Translations under genes and position numbers: made by a program
Notes under the pieces: generated by a model
What the model was told of the DNA's origin: nothing
Databases searched by the model: none
Seen by the model: the letters and a program-made list of their open reading frames with translations, nothing else
Part shown: in pieces, positions 35,523 to 48,592 of the stretch
Layout: every line of letters begins with the position of its first letter
Position numbering within the stretch: the first letter of the stretch is position 1
Assembly: GCA_030390025.1 (NCBI GenBank)
Contig: CM059431.1
Location: 100,752,001 to 100,816,000 of the forward strand
From: Squalus acanthias
Lineage: Eukaryota
Length of the DNA: 64,000 nt
Reading direction: 5' to 3'

Positions 35523-36654
35523 TAGTCAACGGAAATGGTGGGGGGGAATTTTAACCCCAAAAAACGGGTGGGTTGGAAGCAGGTGGGAGGTTAAAGTGTT
35601 AAAAAACTGAATCCCGCCTCCAACCCGCCCACTTCCAGTATTAACAGAGGCTGGACAGGCAGCCAACCCGCTCCCAGGAGGCTGACGTGCCTCATGGTGA
35701 ACCGCTATTTCAAATTTAACTCTGGCTGGTCGGGTTTCCAGGGCCTTGGGGAACCCGTCAGCTAAAGTAAGGCGAGGACTGCTGATCCAGGAGGTAAGTG
35801 CCTTTCCATTTACTTCTTGGATCCAGCATCCCTGCCTCACCCACCCTCCGCGTTCAGACACTTCCACCCCTCCCCCCGCCAGGCCTCCGATCCCCCCTTC
35901 GACCTCCCCCCTATGAGGCCTCAAATCCCTCCTCTGGCCCCTGATTGCCTTCCTGGCATCCCCCCTCTAGCCCCAATGTTCCTCCGGCTCCCAAGTCCCA
36001 ACCATCCTCCCCCATCCCCCCCAATGCTCCCCCGGCTCCCGATCGCCATCCCACCGCCCCCCCCCCTCTCTGCCTAGTGCTGCAGGCCTACCCGCCCGTA
36101 GCCAGCCAACCTCTCAATCTGGCTGGCTGCAGGCGAGAAACAGAGTTTTCAAATGCTAATCAGGCTCTGCCATTAAATTTGGCTGGGCCTGCAGGAAACC
36201 CATTCTCCTCCCCGCCACCACCCGCACCCACCCCCCGCCCCCCCCGCAACCCCAACCCACCTCCTGTGTCTGTTGTAATAATTTGGGGAATTACCCACTG
36301 ATTGCCAACTCAAGGGTTTTATAATATTACTTGCAGATCTCCCATGATATTGCTCATGATGAGTCACAGGTTTATTAATAATAACAGGGATAATCCACTA
36401 AGTAGTATTAGCAGAAACAGAGACTTAACATAAGGGTGTCTGTACTATGGCAACAGGGTCTAGGCTGGGAGGAGGGGGGTTCCCAGTGTCTGCGAGAGCT
36501 GGGAGGCTTCCTAGAACACTAGAGAGGGAGGATCTAGGAGCACTGAAGCAGATCTTGAGAGCATTCAGAGACGGCGCAGCAACCACTGGGAATGAGATCT
36601 AGGGGGACTTTGAGCATTGAGAGGAGGTCCTGGAATGTGGGAGTAGGGAAAAAA

Positions 36655-37107
36655 GAAAAAAAAACTTGCATTTATATAGCACCGTTCACGACCACCAGAC
36701 GTTCCGAAGCGCTTTACAGCCAATGAAGTATTTTTGAAGTGTAGTCGCTGTTGTAATGTAGGAAACGCTGTAGCCAATTTGCACACAGCAAGCTCCCACA
36801 AACAGCAATGTGATAATGACCAGATAGTCTGTTTTTTTTTAGCAAAGTTGATTGAGGGATAAATATTGGTCAGGACACCAGGGATAACTACCCCGCTCTT
36901 CTTCAAAATAGTGCCATAGGGTCTTTTATGTCCACCTGTGAGAGCAGACAGGGCCTCGGTTTAACGTCTCATCTGAAAGGCGGCACCTCCAACATGGCAG
37001 CGCTCCCTCAGTACTGCACTTTTTGTCTTCAATTCTCAGGAGTGGGACTTGAACTCTCAACCTTCTGACTCAAAGGTGAGGGTGCTACCCACTGAGCCAC
37101 AGCTGAA
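36655..37107 (-). mobile_element. Full-length DeuSINE/SacSINE1-like SINE
   Basis: Reverse complement of the consensus including the head. Confidence 0.9.
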
Positions 37108-37411
37108 GGGAGTCAATCTGGGTAGGTGTCCCTGGGGTCTCGTAGTACTGTGGAGGTGGGGGGGGGGGCGGGTGGGTTGCTGAGATCTGGGAGAATTGGG
37201 GGAAGCAGGGTCTAACAGCCTTTTGGGGGATTCTGGTTCTGGAGAATGGGACTCAAACTGTTGTTGGTCCCTTTCAAACCATCAACCCCGCCACATGTTC
37301 CCACCTATTAGCATCCTCCCCCAACCCATGAGCAGCCCCTTCTGCACCTTCAGGTACCATTTACCCATTGTCAGCTTGTTCCTGTCTTTGTGTTCCATTT
37401 TTAAAGCATTT

Positions 37412-37770
37412 AAGAACGTAAGAAAATAAGAAATAGGCCCTTCGAGCCTGCTCCGCCATTCAATAAGATCATGGCTGATCTTCTACCTCATCTCCACTTT
37501 CCTGCACTATCCCCATATCCCCTTAATATCCAAAAATCTATCGATCTCTGTCTTTGAATATACTCAATGACTGAGCCTCCACAGTCCTCTGGGGTAGAGA
37601 ATTCTAAGATTCACCACTCTCTGAGTGAAGAAATTTCTCCTCATCTCAGTCCTAAATGACCGACCCCTTATTCTGAGACTGTGACCCCTGTTTCTAGACT
37701 CCCCAACCAGGGGAAACATCCTCCCTGTATCTACCCTGTCAAGCCCTGTAAGAATTTTGTATGTTTTGTG
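37412..37770 (-). mobile_element. CR1 LINE 3' fragment
   Basis: Reverse CR1 RT C-terminus and tail. Confidence 0.85.
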
Positions 37771-38583
37771 TATGTTTCAATAACACTGCTATACAGTGGG
37801 TTATTTTGAGCGTACCCTGAATTTAGTGGTTTCATAGTGACAGGGTAGAGGGTAGAACAACTATGCTTAGCCTCTATTGACCGCAGCAGTAAATATAGCA
37901 AGGGAGTTATTTGCTGTGGTTAAAAAATTGTAGCAACTGAAGAAAATCCAGCAAAAAATTAAAATTAACTTTTTTCCCTCTTAAAATTAACATGGACTAG
38001 GGGTGCACAATTAACTGATGTGCACTCCTGGCATTCAGCATGAACAAAGTGCTGAAAAAATTTGGTGGACTATTAGTGCGTTTGCGATTGTACAGTATTT
38101 AATAAAAATTAATGTCCATAAATGTATAAAATTACCTCACAAAATGCTCAACAGTTCATCATTCACACAGTTTCCGAGTTTATTTATGTTGAAAAAAAAA
38201 TCCTTGTCTCATGATGGTTTAGGAGAGCTTTTGTAATGAATTTTCAACAGCAAGTGACAATAAAAGATTGTCGTTGTGATCTACCACCCACCAGCACGCA
38301 GACTGTGCCAGAGGTTGGGGTGCTGAATTGCCGAATTATTTTCTGTTTGTTCAATGTTAAATTATATTTTTGGGATGTGACCAACTGCTGGCAACTGTAT
38401 TCTGGAGATTTCTTTTTTTCGAAGAATGTGATTATGTAGAATTTGAGATTATTGGCTACTTTTATTAATCACCAATTAGAAAGGGCAAAAACCACAGAGA
38501 TTTAATCAATAAGGGAAAAAGATAAGAAAATTAACAGGCTTGGTGGTTATAATGTAGACAGAGCTCAGACACATAAAATGTAA

Positions 38584-39055
38584 GTCAGTTGTGGCTCAGT
38601 TGGTAGCACCCTCGCCTCTGACACAGAAGGTTGTGGGTTCAAGTCCCACCCCAGAGACTTGAGCATGAAAATCTAGGCTGACATTCCAGTGCAGTACTGA
38701 GGGAGTGCTGCACTGTCGGAGGTGCCGTCTTTCGGATGAGATGTTAAACCGAGGCCCCGTCTTCTCTCTCAAGTGGATGTAAAAGATCCCATGGCACTAT
38801 TTCGAAGAAGAGCGGGGGAGTTCTCCCCGGTGCCCTGGGCCAATATTTATCCCTCAATCAGCATCACTAAAACAGATTATCTAGTCATCATCACATTGCT
38901 GTTTGTGGGAGCTTGCTGTGCACAAATTGGCGGCTGTGTTTCCGACATTACAACAGTTCAAGAAGTACTTCATTGGCTGTAAAGCGCTTTGGGATGTCCG
39001 GTGGTCGTGAAAGGCGCGATAGAAATGTAAGTCTTTCTTTTTCTTTCTTTCTTTT
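38584..39055 (+). mobile_element. Full-length DeuSINE/SacSINE1-like SINE
   Basis: A and B boxes, Deu-like core, (cttt)n tail. Confidence 0.9.
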
Positions 39056-39084
39056 TTTAAATTCTAAATTCAAGAAAGCCTATG

Positions 39085-39425
39085 AAAGGGTAGATAGAGA
39101 GAAACTATTTCCTGTGGTGGGAGGGTCCAGAACAAGGGGCATAACCTTAAAATTAGAACTAGGCCATTCAGGGGTGATGTCAGGAAGCACTTCTTCACAC
39201 AAAGGGTGATGGAAATCTGGAACTCTCCCCCAAAAAAAGCTATTGAGGCTGGGGGTCAACTGAAAACTTCAAAACTGAGACTGATAGATTTTTGTTGGGT
39301 AAGGGTATTAACGGTTACGGAACCAAGGCGGGTAGATGGAGTTAAGATACAGAACAGCCGTGATCTAATTGAATGGCAGAGCAGGCTGGAGGGGCTGAAT
39401 GGCCTCTTCCTGTTCCTGTCTTCCT
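39085..39425 (+). mobile_element. CR1 LINE 3' fragment
   Basis: RVDREKLFPVVGGSRTRG; same subfamily as 57450-58185. Confidence 0.85.
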
Positions 39426-39434
39426 ACAATATTT

Positions 39435-40200
39435 AGGTCCCGTATAAGAACTTGCCCATGTTTTTTGGGATGACAAAGTATTCAGAATAGAATCCGAAGC
39501 TTTGCTGACCTTTTTCTAGCCTGCACAAGCTCCACTTTCTGTACTTGGTTGTACAATAAACCATTGGTTTGCACATTCTCCAACTGCTGCATGAAAAATC
39601 ACTACTCTTGAATTTTGGGAAGATTCGGTCACGTATAGGGCAGAGCCCTCTCTTACCCAAGCGTCACAGACAATGTACCCACTCATTTGAAAATTTGGGA
39701 CCCTACAGTATATGCCAACCATCTTTTTAAGCTGACAGTCAACCTTCAGCTTTTCTTGTTTCACAAGAAAAATCATCGTTTTCAATGGGATTGAAGGCTG
39801 TTGATGTGAACCGTTCAGAGCTGTTTGAGTGGGGAAGCTTTTTTTTGAAGCTGATCAGCTTTTTCTAGTTCTCTACGTGGACATGCAGGTTAGCTTGTTA
39901 GTGTTGGGGGGGGGGGGGCGCACTGACCTTGGGTCCGTGCTGGGGTCCCCTTTTTTCTGGATCATTGGAATCAAAGGGCAAAACCTACTCTTCTGCTGTG
40001 AAAGAAAAACCACACATCCTTGAAGGGAAGGCACAGACTAGGTCAGAGCTCGGAGGCTGTAATTTAAGGACCCACAACTGAAGCAGTTCTTCAGCTTTGT
40101 TATTTCTTTACTAAAGCTCACCAGGGTGCTTTGACTTCTTCAAAGAGTTTTCTTCTCCCAAAAACAGAAGTTCCAAAGGCTTAGTTTGGAGATGCACTGG
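39435..40200 (-). mobile_element. Degraded DIRS-like (tyrosine-recombinase retrotransposon) gag/RT-start relic
   Basis: Minus-strand peptides IVCDAWVRE and GFYSEYFVIPKNMG resemble the DIRS RT N-terminus (ITSDxWVL...GFYSRYFLVPKKDG); frameshifted; right boundary uncertain. Confidence 0.45.
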
Positions 40201-40320
40201 GGGGGCCCTGAATTCCCCAGCATCCATATCGACACAGGAGAACACACTGGCTGCTGTACTCAGCCCTGTATCAACTGAGTCTATAGTGAACTGCTAAAAT
40301 AATTTGGCTGTTCAGGTAAT

Positions 40321-41060
40321 GGGCCAAAAATTGATCCCGCTGCGCGAGAGTACGCACTGTGTACTCTCGCGTATTCTCTCTCCAATTACCGGTTTTCTGC
40401 ATGCACTGCGCATGCGCTGAAAACCAGCACTTGGTCTTTGGAAAAGGGGGCGGTTCCTCGGTGCACCGCGTGCGCGCTACAGGCTGCGCGCACGCTGTGC
40501 ACTTAGTGCTTTGGATGCGCAGGTAAGGACGGAAGATTTTAGAAACGAAAAAAGGAGTAAGACCCACTTTTAACAAGGTAAGTAGTGAATTAAGTATTAT
40601 TTTGAATTTTTTTTAACAGGTATATCTTTTTTAGAGACTTTAAAGACAGGTAAGTTTATTTTTATAACTTTTTAAAAGATTTTAAATTTTTTCAAAAATT
40701 TAATTTTTTATTTAAAATGGTTAATTTATTTAACTATACTTATTTTATTAATGTGATGGTTTGTTTTTTTAATTTAATTGAGGTTTAGCTGTTATTTTGG
40801 GGGGTGTAAGATTCATAGCTTTCACAGCACGTATGTGAAACTTATGAATGGAAGATGGTGTGCTGCCATTGGCTCTAACTGAGTCACGTGATCCCACAGC
40901 TCGCACGAATTCACTACGCTGGTGGGATACGCAAGCACTGCCCAGCTGATGTCTAGAACATCAAGTTCGTGCGAGCTGGATCTGAAAAAGCCAACGCGGA
41001 GTGAGAGATCGCGCCTGCTCCTTACCCCCGCGGGAACAGAGCGAGATCAATTTCTGGGCC
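40321..41060. mobile_element. Non-autonomous TIR element (Harbinger/PIF-like MITE)
   Basis: TIRs gggccaaaaattgatc / gatcaatttctgggcc; flanks aat / att; closely similar to 61489-62230. Confidence 0.85.
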
Positions 41061-41480
41061 ATTATCTGTGTTAGCATGGACACTCTCACAAGATGGCTGG
41101 GAGAGGCTTGTTGCCCGGATCTGTTTTTGTAGCTTTTACAGTGTAAACAAATCTAAGAGTCCAGCCTCCAATTTGGGTCAGAGTCATTCAAACAAAGGAG
41201 GATTTACTGACGTTTAAACCACAAAACCTTCCATTACACATTTAAGAAAACACAGAACTGCACAAGCTCTTCAGATAGTTACAGTGCAATGAAAAATGAA
41301 GTACTTCACTCATGAACTCGTGCACAGAGATCAGATAGTTCAGACAACGCAAACTACTCTTAGTTATTTTAAGTTTATATAGTTTCCTTTGCATTTTCCT
41401 AACTGACGAGCATGCCTGATCCCTCTTCCTTTCAGCGGCACAAAGTCCGCCACGTCTCGCAATTTCAGAAGATTCTGTAC

Positions 41481-41541
41481 CTTCCACCTCTGCAGCAGAT
41501 TTTGATCAATTTTGATAATGCTTGAATTCATCACGATCTTC
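41481..41541 (-). other. Candidate 61-nt exon containing an ATG (MNSSIIKIDQNLLQRWK)
   Basis: Minus strand ctgtttgtaattcag|GAAGATCGTGATG...TGGAAG|gtacag; ATG at 41531; phase-0 end. Confidence 0.25.
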
Positions 41542-42149
41542 CTGAATTACAAACAGACCAGTCATCTGGATCTATGCAGTCATAAAAGCAGTTTGGATGT
41601 AACCTTATTGATTGAGGTTAGGAACAGAATTATGTGGCTTTAAAGTTTCAGGTATTTTACCAGACAACACAAAATCTGGACAAAAAATGAACTCAGTTCT
41701 TTTTCTCCATATACCCTCTATAACAGAACCAATTTTTCTTGCATATTTCTCAGCCAAGCAAATACTGAAGACTCACTAAGGACTAATTTGGTTCTAGTAT
41801 TAAGCCCAATTAGTGTTTCTAGGTAATGATCCCACCGGGAATGTGGCTTGAAACAATGCAGAATTATAGAGGGCATGTTAACGAGCACATTAATTTGGTG
41901 CAATCACACCATCACATTGGATCTTCACACAGATGTCGGTGTGGAGGGATATCCATAGAGATTCAAATATTCCAAAGTTGGCTGCAATTAGGATACTGAC
42001 ACATCAAGCTACAAATTGCACACTGATCCAATGTTATCTCTTGCTTCGTGGCAGTCACAACTGGCTTCAGGTTGAAGGAGTTTTCTTGCAGTACTGTATG
42101 CGACTTATTCAAAAGCAGCAAAAGCTTCCATCAAAAGGAACTTCCTTGC

Positions 42150-42560
42150 TCTGCTGTGGCTCAACGGGTAAATGCAACGTGTGGCCATCGTGCTGAGTCA
42201 TCCGTACACATGAAGGAGGACCTACGGCTTGATCCCTGGTCAGTGCAGAGTTAGGTGCTTTCAACAGGTACAGCAGTGAGGTACTACAATTAGTCTCAGC
42301 GTTTCTGGGCTAGGGCAAGGAAATACACAGCCCAGGATTTCCCACTTCTGATAGCGATCCAGTAATCCCTGCTGGAAAGTGTACAAGTGGGTAGACGGCA
42401 GCTAAGCCCAGGATTGGGTTTGGCTGCAAAACACAGCTGAACAGCCTGCCGAGATTCAATGAGTAGGCTCGCGTGTGAAGAATGAATGGGGTACTAGCGA
42501 ATGCCCCAGCTTGATCACAACCTCTGGAAAGGAGGGACGGTGAGGGGAAAAGTGGAAGTG
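42150..42560 (+). mobile_element. tRNA-derived SINE (AmnSINE2-like)
   Basis: tgatccctggtcagtgcagagttag..ctacaattagtctcagc..ctgggctaggg..atccagtaatccctgctggaaagtg. Confidence 0.55.
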
Positions 42561-42959
42561 GAGGGGGAAAAGAAGGAAAATGACCTTCCTCTGTGGATAG
42601 CATCATTGCCGTCCCCCACCAAAGAAAATTCAACTGGGCCAGAAACAATCCCTTTAATTTGCTACAGGGTGAGGCAAAAGCCCACATTAAAGGCACAAGA
42701 CACAGGAAGCTTGTCCTTAACAACACTATTTTGCTCTCATCGGCGAACTAAAGGCACCAGCCATTCGTTACACTTGCCCATAGAATTCCGATGGGCTTAT
42801 GCACTGAAAGTTCTGTCAGCCAACTATCCAAAAAAGCACAGCGCCCTCTCAGAGCATCTGGGACCTGTGTGAACAGGACAAGCAACTGTGTGTCTCCTTA
42901 ACCAACCAGACTGAAGAATTGTCAATGAGCAGCACAGTCTGAACCAGGAAGTGTCAGTT

Positions 42960-43487
42960 AAAATAGTGAATTCAATGTCAAATCAGGTACAGAAAGCGAA
43001 ATAAAGAGAGGGAAAGCAAGATTGGATTAAGAGAGAGAGATAAAAGAGACAGAAAAAAAGTAAAATAAACATTTTATTTAATTTTTTTGAAATCTCCAAC
43101 AATAATTAAAACCTGAAGGAATGAGACTCCACACTTTAGTTCATTTTCAGTGCCAGAGAGGTTGTTTGGCAGTAATTAACACTTACCACGCGTTAAAAGG
43201 GTACTTCGATCGGAAGGGACAAACCCTAACTTTTCTGGCGAGTTTAGTTCGTATCTATGAGGTAAATACAGCAACATCACGCCACTCCATGTATTTTAAT
43301 GCCGAATCTATCAGCGAGATACCGGTGTATCACAGCTTCCAGAGAAGCAGGGCAACTCGGACAGCAACTTCCGAATTTCCACGTTTAACTGCGCATGTGC
43401 GATCGCCGGAAGCTGCTGTCCGATTTACAGTTTAATAACGGTGAGTGCCGATAGCCTCACTGTTATTTCTACCGCAAAATCTGGCCC
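42960..43487. mobile_element. Partial MITE-like element
   Basis: Ends gcaaaatctggccc|att like 17426-17443; shares gtgaattcaatgtcaaatcaggtacagaaag with 16960-17240 in opposite orientation. Confidence 0.5.
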
Positions 43488-43824
43488 ATTATTTGATCCT
43501 CTGCACGGAACAACAGAATTTGTTACAAAAAGGAGAAACAACTATGGTACTGCCTTAATTGTCTAACAGCTTATATAATAAAACAGAGAGAGTATAAACA
43601 GAAAGGTTTGACCTCCAGCCACGTGAAAGCCATAAATTACATAACCACCAATAGCTCAAAATAGGATCACATGACAAAATCAACATTTACAATACCTCTA
43701 GGGTCACTGATAACATTGTAAAATATAGCCTACATCTTACATAACTTAAAAACCTCAAACCTAAAAGTAAACTCCAAATCCCAATGACAATGAAATATTA
43801 AACATATTTAAGATAAAGAAACAA

Positions 43825-45522
43825 GAAAGACTTGCATTTATAAAGCGCCTTTCACGATCTCAGGTCATGTCAAAGTGCTTTAAAATTAATGAAGTACTTT
43901 TGAAGTGTTGTAATGTAGGAAACGCGGCAGTCAATTTGCGCAGAGCAAGTTCCCACAAACAGCAATGTGATTATCACTAGATAATCTGTTTTAGCGATGT
44001 TGGTTGAGAGGTAAATATTGGCCAGGACACCGGGAATAACTCCCCTGCTCTTCTTCGAAATAGTGGCCGTGAGATCTTTTACGTCCACCTGAGAGGGCAG
44101 ACAGGGCCTCAGTTTAACGTCTCATGAGAAAGACGGCACCTCCGACAGTGCGGCACTCCCTCAGTACTGCACTGGAGTGTCGGCTCCCAACCTCATTACA
44201 GCCATGGTCCAAACATGGACAAAGGAGCTGAATTCCAGAGGTGAGGTGAGAGTGACTGCCCTTGAGATCAAGGCAGCATTTGACCAAGTGTGGCATCAAG
44301 GAGCCCTAGTAAAACTGAAGTCAATGGGAATCAGGGGAAAACTCTCCACTGGCTGGAGTCATACCTAGCACAAAGGAAGATGGTTGTGGTGGTTGGAGGT
44401 CAATCATCACAGCCCCAGGACATCGCTGCAGGAGTTCCTCAGGGCAGTGTCCTAGGCCCAACCATCTTCAGCTGCTTCATCAATGACCTTCCCTCCAACA
44501 TAAGGTCAGAAATGGGGATGTTCGCTGATGACTACACAGTGTTCAGTGCCATTCACAACTCCTCAGATAATGAAGCAGTCCATGCCCGCATGCAACAAGA
44601 CCTGGACGACATTCAGGTTTGGGCTGATAAGTGGCAGGTAACATTCGCACCACACAAGTGCCAGGCAATGACTATCTCCAACAAGCGAGAGTCTAAATAC
44701 CGCCCCTTGACATTCAATGGCATTACCATGGCCGAATCCCCCACCATCAACATCCTAGGGGTCACCATTGACCAGAAATTTAACTGGACCAGCCACATAA
44801 ATACTGTGGCAACAAAAGCAGGTCAGAGGCTGGGTATTCTGCAGCGAGTGTCTCACCTCCTGACTCCCCAAAGCCTTTCTACCATCTACAAGGCACAAGT
44901 AAGGAGTGTGATGGAATACTCTCCATTGCCTGGATGAGTGCAGCTCCAACAACACTCAAGAAGCTCAACACCATCCAGGACAAAGCAGCCCACTTGATTG
45001 GCACCCCATCTACCACCTTAAACATTAACTCCCTCCACCACCGGCGTACCGTGGTTGCAGTGTGTACCATCTACAAGATGCACTGCAGCAACTCGTCAAG
45101 GCTTCTTCGGCAGCACCTCCCAAACCCGCGACCTCTTCCACCTAGAAGGACAAGGGCAGCAGACACATGGGAACACCACCACCTCCAAGTTCCCCTCCAA
45201 GTCACACATCATCCCGACTTAGAAGTATATCGTCGTTCCTTCATCGTCGCTGGGTCAAAATCCTGGAACTCCCTCCCTAACAGCACTGTAGGAGCACCTT
45301 CACCACACGGACTGCAATGGTTTAAGGCAGCGGCTCACCACCACCTTCTCAAGGGCAACTAGGGATGGGCAATAAATGCTGGCCTTGCCTGCGACGCCCA
45401 CAGCCCATAAAAACGAATTTTAAAAAGCCTAAATTTTGTGCTCAAGTCTCTGGAGTGGGACTTGAACCCACAACCTTCTGACTCAGAGGCGAGAGTGCGA
45501 CCCACTGAGCCATGGCTGACAC
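43825..45522 (-). mobile_element. DeuSINE/SacSINE1-like SINE split by a LINE insertion
   Basis: Body 43825-44180 and head 45427-45522 join in register (ggagtgtc|agccta). Confidence 0.85.
44180..45425 (+). mobile_element. CR1-group LINE, 5'-truncated RT and 3' end (family of 26103-29134)
   Basis: ORFs 44290-44937 (GVPQGSVLGP, FADD) and 44934-45362; tail gggatgggcaataaatgctggcc. Confidence 0.92.
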
Positions 45523-45834
45523 TACTATAAATGCATTAACATTTAACAAAGCTACTTTACAGATGGTTAAGCTGGTAAACGCACTACCTAGTGTGGAACG
45601 GAGACATGCTTCACCCCACATCAATTACAATAAATCTGCTGGTTCTTGCTCTTAGTGAAAGCAAAAGATTAGGATAATGGGATGTAGAGCTATTGGCAAT
45701 ATCTACACTTTAAAACGTATTCATTTTTTAAAATGGGAATAAACAGACTTCACAACACAAAGACCATTGAGATAGTCGTGCTTCCCAGTAGAATTCTCAG
45801 GTGCTTGTTGGAAGACCAGAATGGGACAGACAAA

Positions 45835-46150
45835 GGGAAGAGCAAAACTAGAGGCCATCAATATAAGATAGTCACCAAGAAATCAAAGAGGGAATTCAGA
45901 AGAAACTTCTTTACCCAGAGAGTGGAGAGAATGTGGAACTCGCTACCACAGGGAGTGGTTGAAGCGAATAGTATAGGTGCATTTAAAGGGAGGCTAGGTA
46001 AGCATATGTGGGAGAAGGGAACAGAGGGTTATGCTGATAGAGTTAGATGAGGAAAGACGGGAGGAGGCTCGAGTGGAGCATAAATGCCAGCATGGACTGG
46101 TTGGGCCGAATGGCCTGTTTCTGTGCTGTATATCTATGTAATCCTATGTA
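45835..46150 (+). mobile_element. CR1 LINE 3' fragment
   Basis: TRGHQYKI...RRNFFTQRVERMWNSLPQGVVEA and tail. Confidence 0.85.
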
Positions 46151-46166
46151 AAAACATGAAGGTTCA

Positions 46167-46491
46167 CAGAATCACAGAATTCCCCACAGTGCAGATAGAG
46201 GCCATTTCGGCCCATTGAGCCTGCACCGACACATATCCCACCCTATCCCCGTAACCCCACATATTTAATCCCCCTAACACTAAGGGTCAATTTTTTTTTT
46301 ATCATAGCCAAATCAACCTAACCCGCACATCTTTGGACTGTGGGAGGAAACCGGAGCACCCGGAGGAAACCCACGCAGACACGGGGAGAATGTGCAAACT
46401 CCACACAGACAGTCACCCGAGGCCGGATTCGAACCCGGGTCCCTGGCGCTGTGAGGTAACAGTGCTAACCACTATGCCACCGTGTTGCCCC
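46167..46491 (-). mobile_element. HE1-type V-SINE (elasmobranch tRNA SINE)
   Basis: Head ggtggcatagtggttagcact..gggttcgaatcc; V-domain tgtgtggagtttgcacattctccccgtgtctgcgtgggtttcctccggg; CR1-like (attctgtg)n tail; possible TSD gttca. Confidence 0.9.
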
Positions 46492-47305
46492 GTTCATGAG
46501 CAGTTATGTGGAGACTCGGAAGTGGCTCATAAAGGAAGGGAAACGCAGAGACATATCACAAGGCCACAACTTCCCCACATATCAGGCTACTGGTGCCGGT
46601 GCTGCATACATATTAGATGACTGAGACCGGTGGTAAATGGAAAATAAACCCCTTGCGTTACCAGTAATTTAGCGCCTTCATAATTGAACTGCCCACAAAT
46701 TACATGCCGGGTGCAATTCAAGTTTATTTTCTGTTAACTAGCCTGCAAATACGTCCTCTGCGTAAACATATGCATTAGAAAATGTTTATCAAACAGTTTG
46801 TTTTGTTTAGGTTCATAGCCCACAATAACACAGACCAGTAATCAAACCTGGGAGCTTCCTACTCAGTAACACAGCAGGCTTTGCAGCTGCCCACTGACAA
46901 ATTAGGACACCCTCAATTTATATTATATGACACATAATATACACATATTAAATGTAGGTATTTATTTCCATGGAGTCACATGATACCCAACAGTCCAACT
47001 TGTGCTATTGTTAGTGGCTTGAGTTGGAGCAATAAAGAAAGGGGGTGGGACACAGCTCCCCAATAAAGAAGGGGGTGGGACACAGCTCTCCCAAACCTTG
47101 GCAACCCTACTCCCACTAGATCTTCAGCCCCTGGGGCCTTTTGGGTGCTGCTCCACAGCAGGTGACCAGGCCCAATGCTGCAGGCCTCCTCCTGTTTGCT
47201 GGTGCAGGGCCCTGTGTCGGGGGAGGACCTGCACCAGGTATGCACCCAGGTCATAGTAATATCCCAGTACATCACACAGGGCTGCAGCTCAGTGTGGCCA
47301 TACAG

Positions 47306-47696
47306 CAGGGTTGCCAACCCTCCAGGATTGCCCTGGAGTCTCCAGGAATTAAAGACTACTCTCCAGGACACTGCTGCCAGCAAAACCCGGGAAAAAAATC
47401 AGATGGGCATTAAAAAAAAGTGCTTTTTTAAAAAAAAATTCTTTGAACACTTTTGTTTACTAGTTATAAAAATATTGGACATCTGGGGAAAAAAGGCTGT
47501 TTGACTGACAGTCAAGGATCATCCAATCAGGCAATGACGAGTCTGTTCGTTTTCCGATTGGTGCGGAAAGGCGTGGCACCGCGCGGATGGACATGTTGGG
47601 CGACCAATGGCGGGGGCGTGAGGGCGGGGTGGTTGGAGACAGGAGATCATGTGATGACACCTCCAAGAATATATCCAATCAGAGTTGGCGACCCTA
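47306..47696. mobile_element. Short non-autonomous DNA transposon (hAT-like)
   Basis: TIRs cagggttgccaac / gttggcgacccta; possible decayed 8-bp TSD ccatacag / tcgtgcag (5/8, all mismatches transitions). Confidence 0.6.
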
Positions 47697-47757
47697 TCGT
47701 GCAGCATCGGTCCAGTGCCGAGATAGAGGACGGCCAGGAAAATCAGACCCGGCATTA

Positions 47758-48592
47758 CTGGACTGGTCAGGTGAGCAGAACAGTGGCAAATGGAATTCAA
47801 TCTGGAGAAGTGTGAGGTAATGCATTTGGGGAGGGTTAACAAGGCAAGGGAATACACTATAAATGGTAGGACACTGAGAAGTGCAGAAGATCAGAGGACC
47901 CTTGGAGTGCATGTCCACAGATCCCTGAAGGTAGCAGGATAGGTAAATAAGGTGGTTAAGAAGGCATACTTGCCTTTATTAGCCGAGGCATAGAATATAA
48001 GAGCAGGGAGGTTGAATCGTATAAAACACTAGTTAGGCCGCAGCTAGAGTACTACGTGCAGTTCTGGTCACCACATTACAGGAAGGATGTGATTGCACTA
48101 GAGGGGGTACAGAGGAGATTTATGAGGATGTTGCCTGGGCTGGGGAATTTTAGCTATGAGGAAAGATTGGATAGGCTGGGGTTATTTTCTTTGGAACAGA
48201 GGAGGCTGAGGGGGGACCTAATTGAGGGGTATAAAGTTATGAGGGGCCTAGATAGAGTGGATAGGAAGGACCTATTTCCCTTAGCAGAGAGGTCAATAAT
48301 CAGGGGGCAGAGATTTATAGTAATTGGTTGGAGGTTTAGAGGGGATTTGAGGAGAATTTTTTTCACCCAGAGGGTGGTGGGGGTCTGGAACTCACTGCTT
48401 GAAAGGGTGGTAGAGGCAGAGACCCTCATCACATTTAAAAAGTACTTGGATTTGCACTTCAAGTGCCATAACCTACAAGGCTACGGACCAAGTGCTGGAA
48501 AGTGGGATTAGGGTAGATAGCTCTTTGTCAGCCAGCACGGACAAGATGGGCCGAATGGCCTCCTTCTGTGCCGTAATCTTCTATGATTCTAT
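47758..48592 (+). mobile_element. CR1 LINE 3' fragment
   Basis: ORF 48056-48511: QFWSPHYRKDVIALEGVQRRF...RRLRGDLIE; tail ttctatgattcta. Confidence 0.92.

Noticed and set aside
35526..36301. Proline-rich ORFs
   Set aside because: Low-complexity C-rich interior of a probable non-autonomous repeat; no coding signature
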